IMG/VR virus record: IMGVR_UViG_3300032309_003726
Strand: one strand, 5' to 3'
DNA from: an uncultured virus (IMG/VR IMGVR_UViG_3300032309_003726)
Taxonomy: Duplodnaviria > Heunggongvirae > Uroviricota > Caudoviricetes
Length of the DNA stretch: 64,000 nucleotides
Part shown: one piece after another, positions 9,551-18,294 of the stretch
Numbering within the stretch: position 1 is the stretch's first letter
Layout of the letters: each line of letters begins with the position of its first letter
Notes under the pieces: model-generated
The model's database searches: none
The model's input: the letters and a program-made list of their open reading frames with translations, nothing else
Told to the model about the DNA's origin: nothing
Position numbers and translations under genes: made by a program

Positions 9551-9579
9551 AAAATTCCTTTTGAGTCGGGTGCATCCTG

Positions 9580-9591
9580 CTAGATAGTATC
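9580..9591 (-). promoter_or_regulatory. Conserved intergenic box GATACTATCTAG (copy 3)
   Basis: 30 nt before ATG 9550. Confidence 0.55.
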
Positions 9592-9599
9592 AAATTATA

Positions 9600-9638
9600 A
9601 TCTTGGGTGCATGACCATAAAGATCACGCACCCAAGAT
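9600..9638. repeat. 17-bp inverted repeat / RNA hairpin
   Basis: Minus strand ATCTTGGGTGCGTGATC-TTTAT-GGTCATGCACCCAAGAT, fully paired with two G-U pairs. Confidence 0.8.
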
Positions 9639-9662
9639 ATTCTACAACAAAGATTTTTGAAA

Positions 9663-10226
9663 TCAAGCAGCGTCAGGAAGCAACTTGCGAACCCTCACGG
9701 CCTTTTTCAAAATAGATGACAAACGATCTATCTCTACATTTAAAGACTTGATTTTAGCCTTAATAGCATCAGAACCACCAGACTCTAAAAGAAGTTTCAT
9801 TATTTCCAAAGCTTCTTTGCTTTTTAAAGTTTGGTGTTTCTTTTTCACAACTACACTTGACAAGTTCATGCTATTCACAGTTCGGTACCAATTGTGTTTT
9901 GTAACATCAAAAACATTTCTTTCGTTACAAAAAGCACGATGAACAGCATCTTCTTTCATTATTGAATCTAACTCCAAGTTTGATAAGCCTGCCGCTTTTA
10001 CAAACTTCTTATAGTATTCAACAACTTCTTCTTCCTTTTTGGGTAAAGAACCTTTTCTCTTCTCTTCAAATGACTTGTAATTCTCAGATTTGTCCTCTGG
10101 TTCTTTTGCTAATTTAAATCCCATTTTAAGCAAAATAGGACGAGCATCAGCATAGGTGATGTTGAAGTTGTGTTCCTGACAAATCTTTCGAATGGCTTGA
10201 GTGAATTCACTTGCCTTACGAGACAT
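9663..10226 (-). CDS. Basic hypothetical protein
   Basis: 187 aa, SD AGGAG, ends LLPDAA. Confidence 0.7.
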   Translation of the reverse strand: MSRKASEFTQAIRKICQEHNFNITYADARPILLKMGFKLAKEPEDKSENYKSFEEKRKGSLPKKEEEVVEYYKKFVKAAGLSNLELDSIMKEDAVHRAFCNERNVFDVTKHNWYRTVNSMNLSSVVVKKKHQTLKSKEALEIMKLLLESGGSDAIKAKIKSLNVEIDRLSSILKKAVRVRKLLPDAA

Positions 10227-10247
10227 TGCTATTTCTCCTTTTCAGAG

Positions 10248-10457
10248 TTACCATCTTTGGTTTTGATTAAGTTTCTTGAACTTTTTTGGAGCCACACCAT
10301 TAATCTTTGCTATCGCAATTTCCTCCCTGTCAATCGGAATATTTTCTGGAGCGTCGATTCCGATTCTTGCTCTGTCGCCGTTGACGCACACCAAAGTAAT
10401 GGTCACGCTGTTGCCAATCCGTATCTGTTCGCCTTCTTTTCTGGTCAAAACAAGCAT
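10248..10457 (-). CDS. csrA: Carbon storage regulator CsrA/RsmA
   Basis: MLVLTRKEGEQIRIG...RIGIDAP..IPIDREEI. Confidence 0.95.
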   Translation of the reverse strand: MLVLTRKEGEQIRIGNSVTITLVCVNGDRARIGIDAPENIPIDREEIAIAKINGVAPKKFKKLNQNQRW

Positions 10458-10670
10458 TGGTTCCTCGATTCCGTTCTTAAAAAGTAAAAAACCAGGGCAA
10501 CCTCGCCCTCAAATCAATACTTGCACAGAAAAACCAAAAGTCAAGAAAATTTTTAAAGAAACCGTCAATATCGAATACCGAAAATTTTTTTTATCGTTAA
10601 CAACACGCTTTAAGTGGCTTAAAATCAAGCATTTACGTAAAAAAAATCTAAAATTTTGACCCAAAAAATT

Positions 10671-11822
10671 TTAAGAATCTTGAAAAACGGATTGTTTCGA
10701 CTTCAATTTTTTTAGAATCAGATCTGAGTGGGCCAAAAATTCTTCTCTTAAATTTTTTTCCGTTTGGTTTTGACCGTACTTCTTTCGAACATCAAATAGA
10801 ACAGATTTAAAATCTTCTTGTTGAATTGATAGTGCAAATTCTTTTTGAGATTCTATGTTCTTATTTTCTTGCCAAATTTTTAAAGCTTGTTCGTAAAAAC
10901 TATCTACTTGATTTTTGATTGAAAAATATTGATCTTTTACTTCTTCAAAATAAGTAAACAACTCGTCTGCTTCATTTTTTAGAACAAATGGAAGCAGGTA
11001 TTTGGGATGAAATAAATTATCTCCTTCACCTTTAATCTTGTGCAAAGAGAGATAACTTGGATTCTTAATCTTCCATCTGTTTTTGTTTTTGTCGCAAATA
11101 ACAAAACCTTCAAAAGTTTTATCCTCTACTGATTTTTCTTCTAAAAATTTTTGAATTTGTTGAATGCTTCTAAATTGAAAAATATCAAGATTTTGAAAAA
11201 TGCTAATTCTAGAAACATCTATATTTTCTAATGATATTTCTTTATGTTCTTCAAAAGCGGTTAGTAGATAGACTTGTGGCTTTTTGTAATATCTTACAAC
11301 CTTATTCCAAGGACTAACAAACTCACAAATGTAAGTTAATTTGGGATCTAATATGGAGTTTAAATCTTTTAAATCATTTATTCCCAAACCTTTGCAAACA
11401 GCTTGTCTCCAAGTAAAAGATTGATTCTGCATCAAATCTGTTGCAAAAGAACCTTTTGTGTTTATGTGCCATTCATTATTGAAAAAATAAATGATTACTA
11501 AAGATCCATCTTCTTTGGATTGAACAACGAAATCATCAAAATCGAAGAAATCCATTTCTTCAGGAACTTCTCCCCAATTAAAAAATCTAGGAAAAGAACG
11601 AGCGACTAAAGACCAGTCACTACTATTTAAAACAAGACCTCTGCACTCCCTAACAACAGGATGTTTTTTAGGAGAATTAATTTGGTCGTAGTTTAAAATA
11701 ACCAAAGGAAGGTCTGGATGAAAATTAGTTTTTATGCAAAACTCATTACTTAGATCATCACAAGTCTTGCCTGATAGCAGATACTTTTGTGTGCATAAGA
11801 TGTCATCTTTTTGGTTGAACAT
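10671..11822 (-). CDS. T4 Rnl1 (RnlA)-family RNA ligase
   Basis: ECRGLVL, RSFPRFFNW, motif I KEDGS, ICEFVSP, EGFV, RWKIKNPSYL. Confidence 0.9.
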   Translation of the reverse strand: MFNQKDDILCTQKYLLSGKTCDDLSNEFCIKTNFHPDLPLVILNYDQINSPKKHPVVRECRGLVLNSSDWSLVARSFPRFFNWGEVPEEMDFFDFDDFVVQSKEDGSLVIIYFFNNEWHINTKGSFATDLMQNQSFTWRQAVCKGLGINDLKDLNSILDPKLTYICEFVSPWNKVVRYYKKPQVYLLTAFEEHKEISLENIDVSRISIFQNLDIFQFRSIQQIQKFLEEKSVEDKTFEGFVICDKNKNRWKIKNPSYLSLHKIKGEGDNLFHPKYLLPFVLKNEADELFTYFEEVKDQYFSIKNQVDSFYEQALKIWQENKNIESQKEFALSIQQEDFKSVLFDVRKKYGQNQTEKNLREEFLAHSDLILKKLKSKQSVFQDS

Positions 11823-12492
11823 TTGTGTAATTAAAATCTATATTCTTTGGCTTACAAGATTTGCACTTGAATCTTCTAGTGGCAACTTGTTGTTTGGCGA
11901 GGCCGCAGTTCCAGCACGGCTCAAAAGAGTTTACCTCCACTGCTCCGCACCTAGGACAATCGCCTTGATTTTGAGACGATTCATATGTGTAATAATTTTG
12001 CTGGGGCTGGACAAAATTATTGACACCACAAGAACCATCGACCACGCAACGGTTGCCTCTATTCCTGACATTATCATAAAATTTCTGTTGCATCACTCTT
12101 TGAGCCCTATCTAATCTTTTGTTATCAAAACCCAATAAAGTCATAATTGCACGTGCCACACCTTCGTTAGCAATCAAGAATACCCTAAACGCAAAAGCGA
12201 AAACTGATGTAGCAAAAACTGTTTCCCATGCATTGAAAAAATATTGCCCCGTCAAAGTTTTTGAAAGCGGCATTAATGGCAATAATATCAAGTATGTAAC
12301 AACCCACCAAAAACCAAAAGTGGGCAACAAACGAAAAATTTCATTACGCCGAATATACCAATCTCTCAAAAAACTCAGAGACAGCATCACAACGGCAAAA
12401 TTAGTAGCAAACTCGGGGCTTGACATCTTAACCTTAACCATCGAAACAGCAAATACCACAATGCAGACTTTTGTGACTAATTCAAGAAACAT
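11803..12492 (-). CDS. Membrane protein with C-terminal Zn ribbon
   Basis: About 4 hydrophobic segments then CPRC..CWNC..CKSC; ATG 12492 avoids overlap. Confidence 0.65.
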   Translation of the reverse strand: MFLELVTKVCIVVFAVSMVKVKMSSPEFATNFAVVMLSLSFLRDWYIRRNEIFRLLPTFGFWWVVTYLILLPLMPLSKTLTGQYFFNAWETVFATSVFAFAFRVFLIANEGVARAIMTLLGFDNKRLDRAQRVMQQKFYDNVRNRGNRCVVDGSCGVNNFVQPQQNYYTYESSQNQGDCPRCGAVEVNSFEPCWNCGLAKQQVATRRFKCKSCKPKNIDFNYTNVQPKR

Positions 12493-12493
12493 T

Positions 12494-12901
12494 TTAGTAA
12501 CTTTCCATTTCGGAGTATTCGATTCTACACGTGCCAAGAGAACCAGCCACTGGACCATTTCCATGTTTTGGCGAATCAATTAACAATTTTGTTACTTTAA
12601 AAAGCCACATCTTTAAGTCACGTAAGGGAATCTCCTGATCGGAGAACACCTCTATGTAAATAGGTGCTTTGTATCTTTTAACAACCTTGCTATCATGCTG
12701 GGTAACCAACAGCCGATTCATGTCAACGAGTGCTTTGTTTGAATCAGCATACATCAATGCGTTTTTATCATCTTTTTGCTTCGTCCAACCATCTCCCGTC
12801 CAATAACGAAGATATTGATCGGCTATGTAAAAACGAGGATACTCTGGTGTCCCCTGTGAAATCATCGACAAAACAATCGGCTGTTTTTCTGGTGTGTTCA
12901 T
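12494..12901 (-). CDS. Hypothetical protein
   Basis: 135 aa, SD GGAG, YWTGDGW motif. Confidence 0.7.
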   Translation of the reverse strand: MNTPEKQPIVLSMISQGTPEYPRFYIADQYLRYWTGDGWTKQKDDKNALMYADSNKALVDMNRLLVTQHDSKVVKRYKAPIYIEVFSDQEIPLRDLKMWLFKVTKLLIDSPKHGNGPVAGSLGTCRIEYSEMESY

Positions 12902-12918
12902 TTTTATTCTCCGACGTA

Positions 12919-12930
12919 CTAGTTGGTATT
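12919..12930 (-). promoter_or_regulatory. Conserved intergenic box AATACCAACTAG (copy 4)
   Basis: Overlaps upstream stop, 18 nt before ATG 12901. Confidence 0.55.
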
Positions 12931-13555
12931 AACTAAGACCTAAACTTCTTTCTGAACCTAAACTTTTTTCCACGTACTCTCTGACAATCTTGTATTCTGG
13001 ACTAAACATATTAAAAGATTGATGAATTAAATAAATTACTCCGGAGATTGTTAGAAATTGTTGCTTGTTTTTAAACGACAATCGAACCTTGCTAATCCAT
13101 TCGTCTATCTTCTCGGGATCTGTGCTATCGAGTTTGTGGGGGCAACTTCCTGCTGGTGCAATTACTGTTGATTTACAACCAACCATTAAAGAAGCAAACT
13201 CAGGGCTTAGTGTAAGTTTTTCTTGAGATTGTAAGTTTGCTGCTTGTAGTGCTGATTTAATTGATTGAGATAACGCATCTTTTTTGGAAATTTTTGCTTG
13301 CTTAAAATCAAAGCCACAAACACACTTTGGAACTATTGCGCCGACAAACTTTCGACAATCGGGACATTCTTTTTTACCCCTTCCTCCAGTCGAGAAGGTG
13401 GAAATTTCAGCCTTAAAATTTGTTTTTGCTACAAATTCGGCTCCGCAAGCACAAATTTTTGTTACTGCGGCAACGTATTTGTAGCACTTCGAACATTGTT
13501 TCTTTCCTTTTCCACCTTCGTAATATGTCTTAACTTCGCTTTTTAAAGATTCCAT
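12929..13555 (-). CDS. Protein with two tandem Zn-ribbon repeats
   Basis: GGKGKKQCSKC..VAA...CACG and GGRGKKECPDC..VGA...CVCG. Confidence 0.7.
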   Translation of the reverse strand: MESLKSEVKTYYEGGKGKKQCSKCYKYVAAVTKICACGAEFVAKTNFKAEISTFSTGGRGKKECPDCRKFVGAIVPKCVCGFDFKQAKISKKDALSQSIKSALQAANLQSQEKLTLSPEFASLMVGCKSTVIAPAGSCPHKLDSTDPEKIDEWISKVRLSFKNKQQFLTISGVIYLIHQSFNMFSPEYKIVREYVEKSLGSERSLGLS

Positions 13556-13630
13556 GTGATAACTCCATTTTTTGGGGTTTGAGTGAAGTTATCATTCTAG
13601 TAGAATTAAAAATCTTTAACAACATTATTT

Positions 13631-14833
13631 TCAACGCCGAGATTCAAAAAACTCTGCGGTGACTTTTGAACCCTTGTGTTCTATGTTCATTTTATCAAGT
13701 AGTGATATTCCGGCATTGGTAATGCAGAGACCCTTGCCAGAAACACTGATTACAAAAGGACCACCTGCTGAATATTGCATTAGTGCTGGCAGTTCGTACT
13801 TTTTAATTTGAGCCAACCTGCAACGAGCAATATCCGCAAGGCGATTTTCGGCAATTGGTCGCTGCCCAAGAGCAGACAGGATAACCATTTGCTTCTTGGT
13901 TAAACCAAATTTGTTCATCCCAATATCGTTTGCCACAACATCACAACATTCACGCCAAGAACAACTTGGCATATACATTTTATGTTGAACCACCTTTGTC
14001 CCGAAGCCGTGAATTGCCAAGCGAGGAACCTTCTGATATTTTGCAATCAAAGCGCAAACATCATCTGGAGGAGCACAAGGCAACTCGCCAGTTTTAACTT
14101 TGTTGGTTAAACCATTCTTTACAATTTGAACCAACTCATCACCCTCGGCAGGATGCCATTCAATAGCGGTGCTGAGACGACTTTCAAAAGCATCGAAAAG
14201 ATCGCCCCGTTCTGTAGTGGCTGCGATCCAACAAACTTCCCAGCAATCAACACGAAAAGTTGAACCATTTTTGCCAGGAGTTTTCACAACCATCATTGCA
14301 TCGTTCGGCTCCATGGCATTTAACAAAGATCCCTTTGTCATAGAATCTTTTAGTTCGTGTGCTTCATCAAAAAACACAATGCACGGAGGCAAATAAAAGT
14401 CTCGATCCTTGTGGTGTTCTTGAACCAAAGGAGTGCCAAACTTTTCCATGGCCTCAGAGATTTGCTGAAACAACATGAAATTGTTCTCTAAAGAACTGCT
14501 TTGCACAAAGACAAAAGGAATTCCAATCGTCTCAGCAAACTTTTTCACAACAAAAGTTTTACCTTGACCTGGGGGGCTATAGATTCCAAAATTACAACCC
14601 CTACAGGTGTGGTTGTGGTAGCAATATGAAGAAAAAGCAAACCTTCGCAAAATTCGCATGTTGCCTTCATTGGCTGGACTAACAACTATATCATTCAGCG
14701 GACACTTGGAGTTATTTTGAGCAAGCATTGTCCGAATCTGTTCGGCGTTTGGCTTGGGGGGCTGGATGCCTCTTTGTGCCAAACTCTGGTCTTCCGTCCA
14801 GTCGAAAAAAGCTTTTTGTTGTTGCGTCTTCAT
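13631..14833 (-). CDS. ruvB: Divergent RuvB-like AAA+ ATPase
   Basis: SPPGQGKT, VFFDEAH, LLNAME, IAATTERG..FESR, VPRLA and a C-terminal winged-helix-like region parallel RuvB motifs; ATG 14833 after AGGAG. Confidence 0.7.
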   Translation of the reverse strand: MKTQQQKAFFDWTEDQSLAQRGIQPPKPNAEQIRTMLAQNNSKCPLNDIVVSPANEGNMRILRRFAFSSYCYHNHTCRGCNFGIYSPPGQGKTFVVKKFAETIGIPFVFVQSSSLENNFMLFQQISEAMEKFGTPLVQEHHKDRDFYLPPCIVFFDEAHELKDSMTKGSLLNAMEPNDAMMVVKTPGKNGSTFRVDCWEVCWIAATTERGDLFDAFESRLSTAIEWHPAEGDELVQIVKNGLTNKVKTGELPCAPPDDVCALIAKYQKVPRLAIHGFGTKVVQHKMYMPSCSWRECCDVVANDIGMNKFGLTKKQMVILSALGQRPIAENRLADIARCRLAQIKKYELPALMQYSAGGPFVISVSGKGLCITNAGISLLDKMNIEHKGSKVTAEFFESRR

Positions 14834-14852
14834 TTTTGCTCCTTGTGTTTCT

Positions 14853-14864
14853 TTAGTTGGTATC
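14853..14864 (-). promoter_or_regulatory. Conserved intergenic box GATACCAACTAA (copy 5)
   Basis: Between sigma-factor stop and ruvB-like SD. Confidence 0.55.
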
Positions 14865-14867
14865 AAA

Positions 14868-15725
14868 CTAAGCAGCCACTCGTTGCTTGGTGCGATATGT
14901 TTTGCGAATTTTTTCACAAGCACGAATGAAAATCTGGGAAAGCCTTTGTTTTGTGTACAACTTTCCCGTGTTTGGATTCACAACGGTTTCCGCCATTCTG
15001 GCTATGTGACCACGATTGCCATTAATACAATTATCCACCAAATTTCTTTCAAGATCGCTAAGTTGAGTTTCTTCTATGGCCCGCCACATCAAAAGTCTTT
15101 CATCGCCATCTTGAAAAGACCTTGATTCACCCAATAGTGAGGATTGAACTTTTTGAATCGTTCCGAAAACAGATTCGTCTGTTGAAGATAATTTTGAAAC
15201 AGCCTTTTCAACAGTGATTCCTTGATTTTGAAGATCAAACACCTGTTGCTTGATCTCATGAATGTGATGTTCTACAACATCTTGTCTTTCTTGAGACCTA
15301 TTGTAGTTGATGATGTTGTTCTTGATTACCCAAAAGCAATATGTAGAAAACTTGCTTTTTCCGTTATATAAATACATTGCATCATAAATAGCACAACAGG
15401 CTTCTTGGAGATAATCGCTATAAGAAACCCCTCTTCTTTTGCTTCGATAACTTGGAGTTAAACCCATTTTCTTGACCATCTTGATATAGCCCGAGATGAT
15501 TCTTTGTTCGTTGGCAATCATCCAGTCCATCAGTTCCTTGGCTTCGGCCTCAAGGTCGATTAAACCTTTTTTATAATCATTTCTAAGTTTTTTAACATTT
15601 GGGAATCCATACTTTTCTTTTGCCACAGACTCGAAGCAAAAGAAAGCTTCTTTCATTTTATTTTCAATTTCGGTTTTTTCTTCTTTGGATAACTTTGTGG
15701 GCGCATAATACTCAAAAGTATTCAT
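14868..15725 (-). CDS. Sigma-70 family RNA polymerase sigma factor
   Basis: Region 2 DYLQEACCAIYDA...KFSTYCFWVIKNNI; region 4 LSDLERNLV...TKQRLSQIFIRACEKIRK. Confidence 0.8.
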   Translation of the reverse strand: MNTFEYYAPTKLSKEEKTEIENKMKEAFFCFESVAKEKYGFPNVKKLRNDYKKGLIDLEAEAKELMDWMIANEQRIISGYIKMVKKMGLTPSYRSKRRGVSYSDYLQEACCAIYDAMYLYNGKSKFSTYCFWVIKNNIINYNRSQERQDVVEHHIHEIKQQVFDLQNQGITVEKAVSKLSSTDESVFGTIQKVQSSLLGESRSFQDGDERLLMWRAIEETQLSDLERNLVDNCINGNRGHIARMAETVVNPNTGKLYTKQRLSQIFIRACEKIRKTYRTKQRVAA

Positions 15726-15751
15726 GTTTTCTTTCTTTGAAAGATGAAAAA

Positions 15752-17257
15752 CTATTTAATAAACTTTAAGAACCAATCAAAATCTCTCAAAACCTCTGCC
15801 TTAAGTCTGGCACCTAGTTTTGTGCAAGCCTTATAATAATCTTCCGATAGATGGTTGGATTCAAACTCATGGGCAAGTTCATGTAAAATTAAATCATCAA
15901 CGTTCTCATTGACCCCTGAAGAAAACCATTTTTTGCCAAGAGCGTGAATGTTGTAATCAAAATAACTGGTTGATAACAAGTGACCTCTGGCAAAACATGC
16001 ACTCCAAGGCTTATAAGCATACCGTGAACAGTTAACGAATCTCACATCTACATTTTTACCCAACAATCTTTTTGCAACCTCTGTAGTGTATTCGTGAATC
16101 AAACACATGTCATCGGTCCAGTCATTTTCTTCGATGACTTCTACCGGAGTGGCATTTGGATCATCACTATACGCACCCTTGCCAGCCAAAGGAAAAGCAT
16201 CACTACTAGAAACCAAAGTTCCTGCCGAGTAAAGATTCTTTCTTTGACCAGAACTCAGTCCCCTAGGTGGTATCAAGGTATAACCATGAGCCACGGCTTC
16301 TGCATTTGCTTCTTGGTTAGTCGGGTCAAAAGCAACCGATTTCTCGCCATATCTCTTCACACGAAAAGTTTCTACGGCGTCTGGTAAACAATTTTTATCA
16401 TCCGCCGCTTCGTTGACCCAAGAAGATGTAACGTCATTTTCTTCAATCTTTTCATGCATATTGTTGAAAACAACGACACGCAAATTTCTTAGGTAAGAAG
16501 GAGTGACATTATCCCTGTCAACATTCAACGGAACTTTTTGCAAAACATTATAGTGCCACTTGTCTCCGGTTTCTACAACCGGGATTCCCATTTCGTACAA
16601 GTACGGTTCCTCTCCCGGCAACGCTTCGTAAATTTGAACCTCTGTCTGGCGTATTGATTTTCTAAGAATGCCATCTTCGCCAGCAATTTCTGTGGGTAGT
16701 TTTTCAACAAATTTAGTGAGTGGGTCACGAGATTGAATTATTTCTCCGTTAACCGTCAAGGTCAATCCCGGCCTAACAATAATTTTTCTCATGTAATCAA
16801 TAAATTGATCATAACGCTCTTGATTACACTCAATTAAAGCCCAAAATTCGGTTCCGACTTCTCTCTTCCTGCGGGTATATTCTTTTCTACCTTCTTGATT
16901 AAATTCTACAAGACCTTTGGTTGTGTGAATTTTGGCTTCTTTGCAAAAAGCAAGAACCATTTTCTCGCCAACATTAAATCTTCCAGCCTTAGTAGGATCA
17001 CTCTTTTTCAAGGAAGGAGCAAAAACAGTCCAGGCATGGGCCAAATCAGGAAATCCATTAGGATCATTATCTTCAACGCTTAACTCAGCCAATGGACGAC
17101 CGGCAAGTTTATTCAGAGTGATGACGCAAGAGGTTGCGTTGGTGTCCATCACATTTTGATAGAGTTCTCCTCCTACAATGCCGAATCCACGACGTTCAAC
17201 TAACCGTTCCGCAATTTGACGCAATCCATCCTTATGAGCACTAAACCATTCAGACAT
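15752..17257 (-). CDS. GHKL (Hsp90/MORC-like) ATPase fused to HExxH zinc metallopeptidase
   Basis: ELYQNVMD, VEDND, GRFNVGEK, GTEF; C-terminal LHELAHEFESNH. Confidence 0.75.
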   Translation of the reverse strand: MSEWFSAHKDGLRQIAERLVERRGFGIVGGELYQNVMDTNATSCVITLNKLAGRPLAELSVEDNDPNGFPDLAHAWTVFAPSLKKSDPTKAGRFNVGEKMVLAFCKEAKIHTTKGLVEFNQEGRKEYTRRKREVGTEFWALIECNQERYDQFIDYMRKIIVRPGLTLTVNGEIIQSRDPLTKFVEKLPTEIAGEDGILRKSIRQTEVQIYEALPGEEPYLYEMGIPVVETGDKWHYNVLQKVPLNVDRDNVTPSYLRNLRVVVFNNMHEKIEENDVTSSWVNEAADDKNCLPDAVETFRVKRYGEKSVAFDPTNQEANAEAVAHGYTLIPPRGLSSGQRKNLYSAGTLVSSSDAFPLAGKGAYSDDPNATPVEVIEENDWTDDMCLIHEYTTEVAKRLLGKNVDVRFVNCSRYAYKPWSACFARGHLLSTSYFDYNIHALGKKWFSSGVNENVDDLILHELAHEFESNHLSEDYYKACTKLGARLKAEVLRDFDWFLKFIK

Positions 17258-17287
17258 TTTCGGTTTCTCCGGTTGGGGTACGCCGCT

Positions 17288-17299
17288 CTAGTTAGTATC
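17288..17299 (-). promoter_or_regulatory. Conserved intergenic box GATACTAACTAG (copy 6)
   Basis: Identical to copy 1; 31 nt before ATG 17257. Confidence 0.6.
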
Positions 17300-17580
17300 A
17301 AAAATTATAGGCGGGCTGGGCGGTGTGTATTTTTGGGCCACCAATACATTATACGCACTATGTCAAGTGAATTTTTGTACAGTGAGAATTTTGTGGTTTT
17401 TTTGTGTTTTCTTTTTAAGGGTTACTTTTTTCCCTTGAGACTCAAGATAACCCACGACAGATAGAATAATTTTAGAAACAACTATCTTATTGCAGTCGCT
17501 TAAATCAATAATGTTTGATTTGTTTTTCAAAAATACCTTTTTTTATTAGAATTATTTATTTATAGTTAATAATTTTTTTT

Positions 17581-18294
17581 ATGCAACCCTTAGCAAGATG
17601 GACAATTGGAAAAACAAGCAGAGACGGGTATGAATGTTTGATAGAATCAATCAATTCATTCTTGAAGTATTACCAAGCCGATGTGTTTATTTGCTATAAT
17701 TGCGAATTAGGCCAACTTCCACAACAGGTAAAAAAATTTAATTTAGTAGAACAACAAAAAAATATCAATGGAATGCCAGAAGCAACGGGTGTTGCTTGGA
17801 AACTATATCCACCAAGATTAGATATAAAAAGACACGAAATATCAATAGACAATGACATAATTCTGACTGAGCGAGTAAAACAAATAGATGATTTTCTTGA
17901 AAAAGATAATTTCACTTTATTGTTAGAGGATTTAGGAAGAACTTATGGAAGATTTGAAAATCATGTTCCTCCAAAATTTTGTATAAATAGTGGGATTTAT
18001 GGGATGCCTCCAAATTTCGACTTCGAAAAATACATAAAATTTTATGTTGGGGAAAAATGGGAAAAAAATGCGTTATATGAGCATGACAAAAATGAAACTT
18101 TTGACGAACAAGGATTAGTTGCTCTTGCACTTTTGGATAATAAGAATTATATTATAATACCTAAAGAATCAATAACAAATTGCGAATATACATTGTGTGA
18201 AGGAAAAGGTTATCATTTCATAGGCTTAAACAGAACAAAAAATCACGAAGCTTTTAACATTTTTAAAAATAAAAAGAGAAAAATTCATTTATGA
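17581..18294 (+). CDS. GT-A-fold glycosyltransferase-like protein (paralogue of 47743..48543)
   Basis: HEISIDNDIIL (DxD), INSGIYG, DEQGL. Confidence 0.6.
   Translation: MQPLARWTIGKTSRDGYECLIESINSFLKYYQADVFICYNCELGQLPQQVKKFNLVEQQKNINGMPEATGVAWKLYPPRLDIKRHEISIDNDIILTERVKQIDDFLEKDNFTLLLEDLGRTYGRFENHVPPKFCINSGIYGMPPNFDFEKYIKFYVGEKWEKNALYEHDKNETFDEQGLVALALLDNKNYIIIPKESITNCEYTLCEGKGYHFIGLNRTKNHEAFNIFKNKKRKIHL

Noticed and set aside
1036..17299. TACTAAC as a spliceosomal branch point
   Set aside because: Prokaryotic-type genes with SD sequences and intact ORFs; the boxes are intergenic
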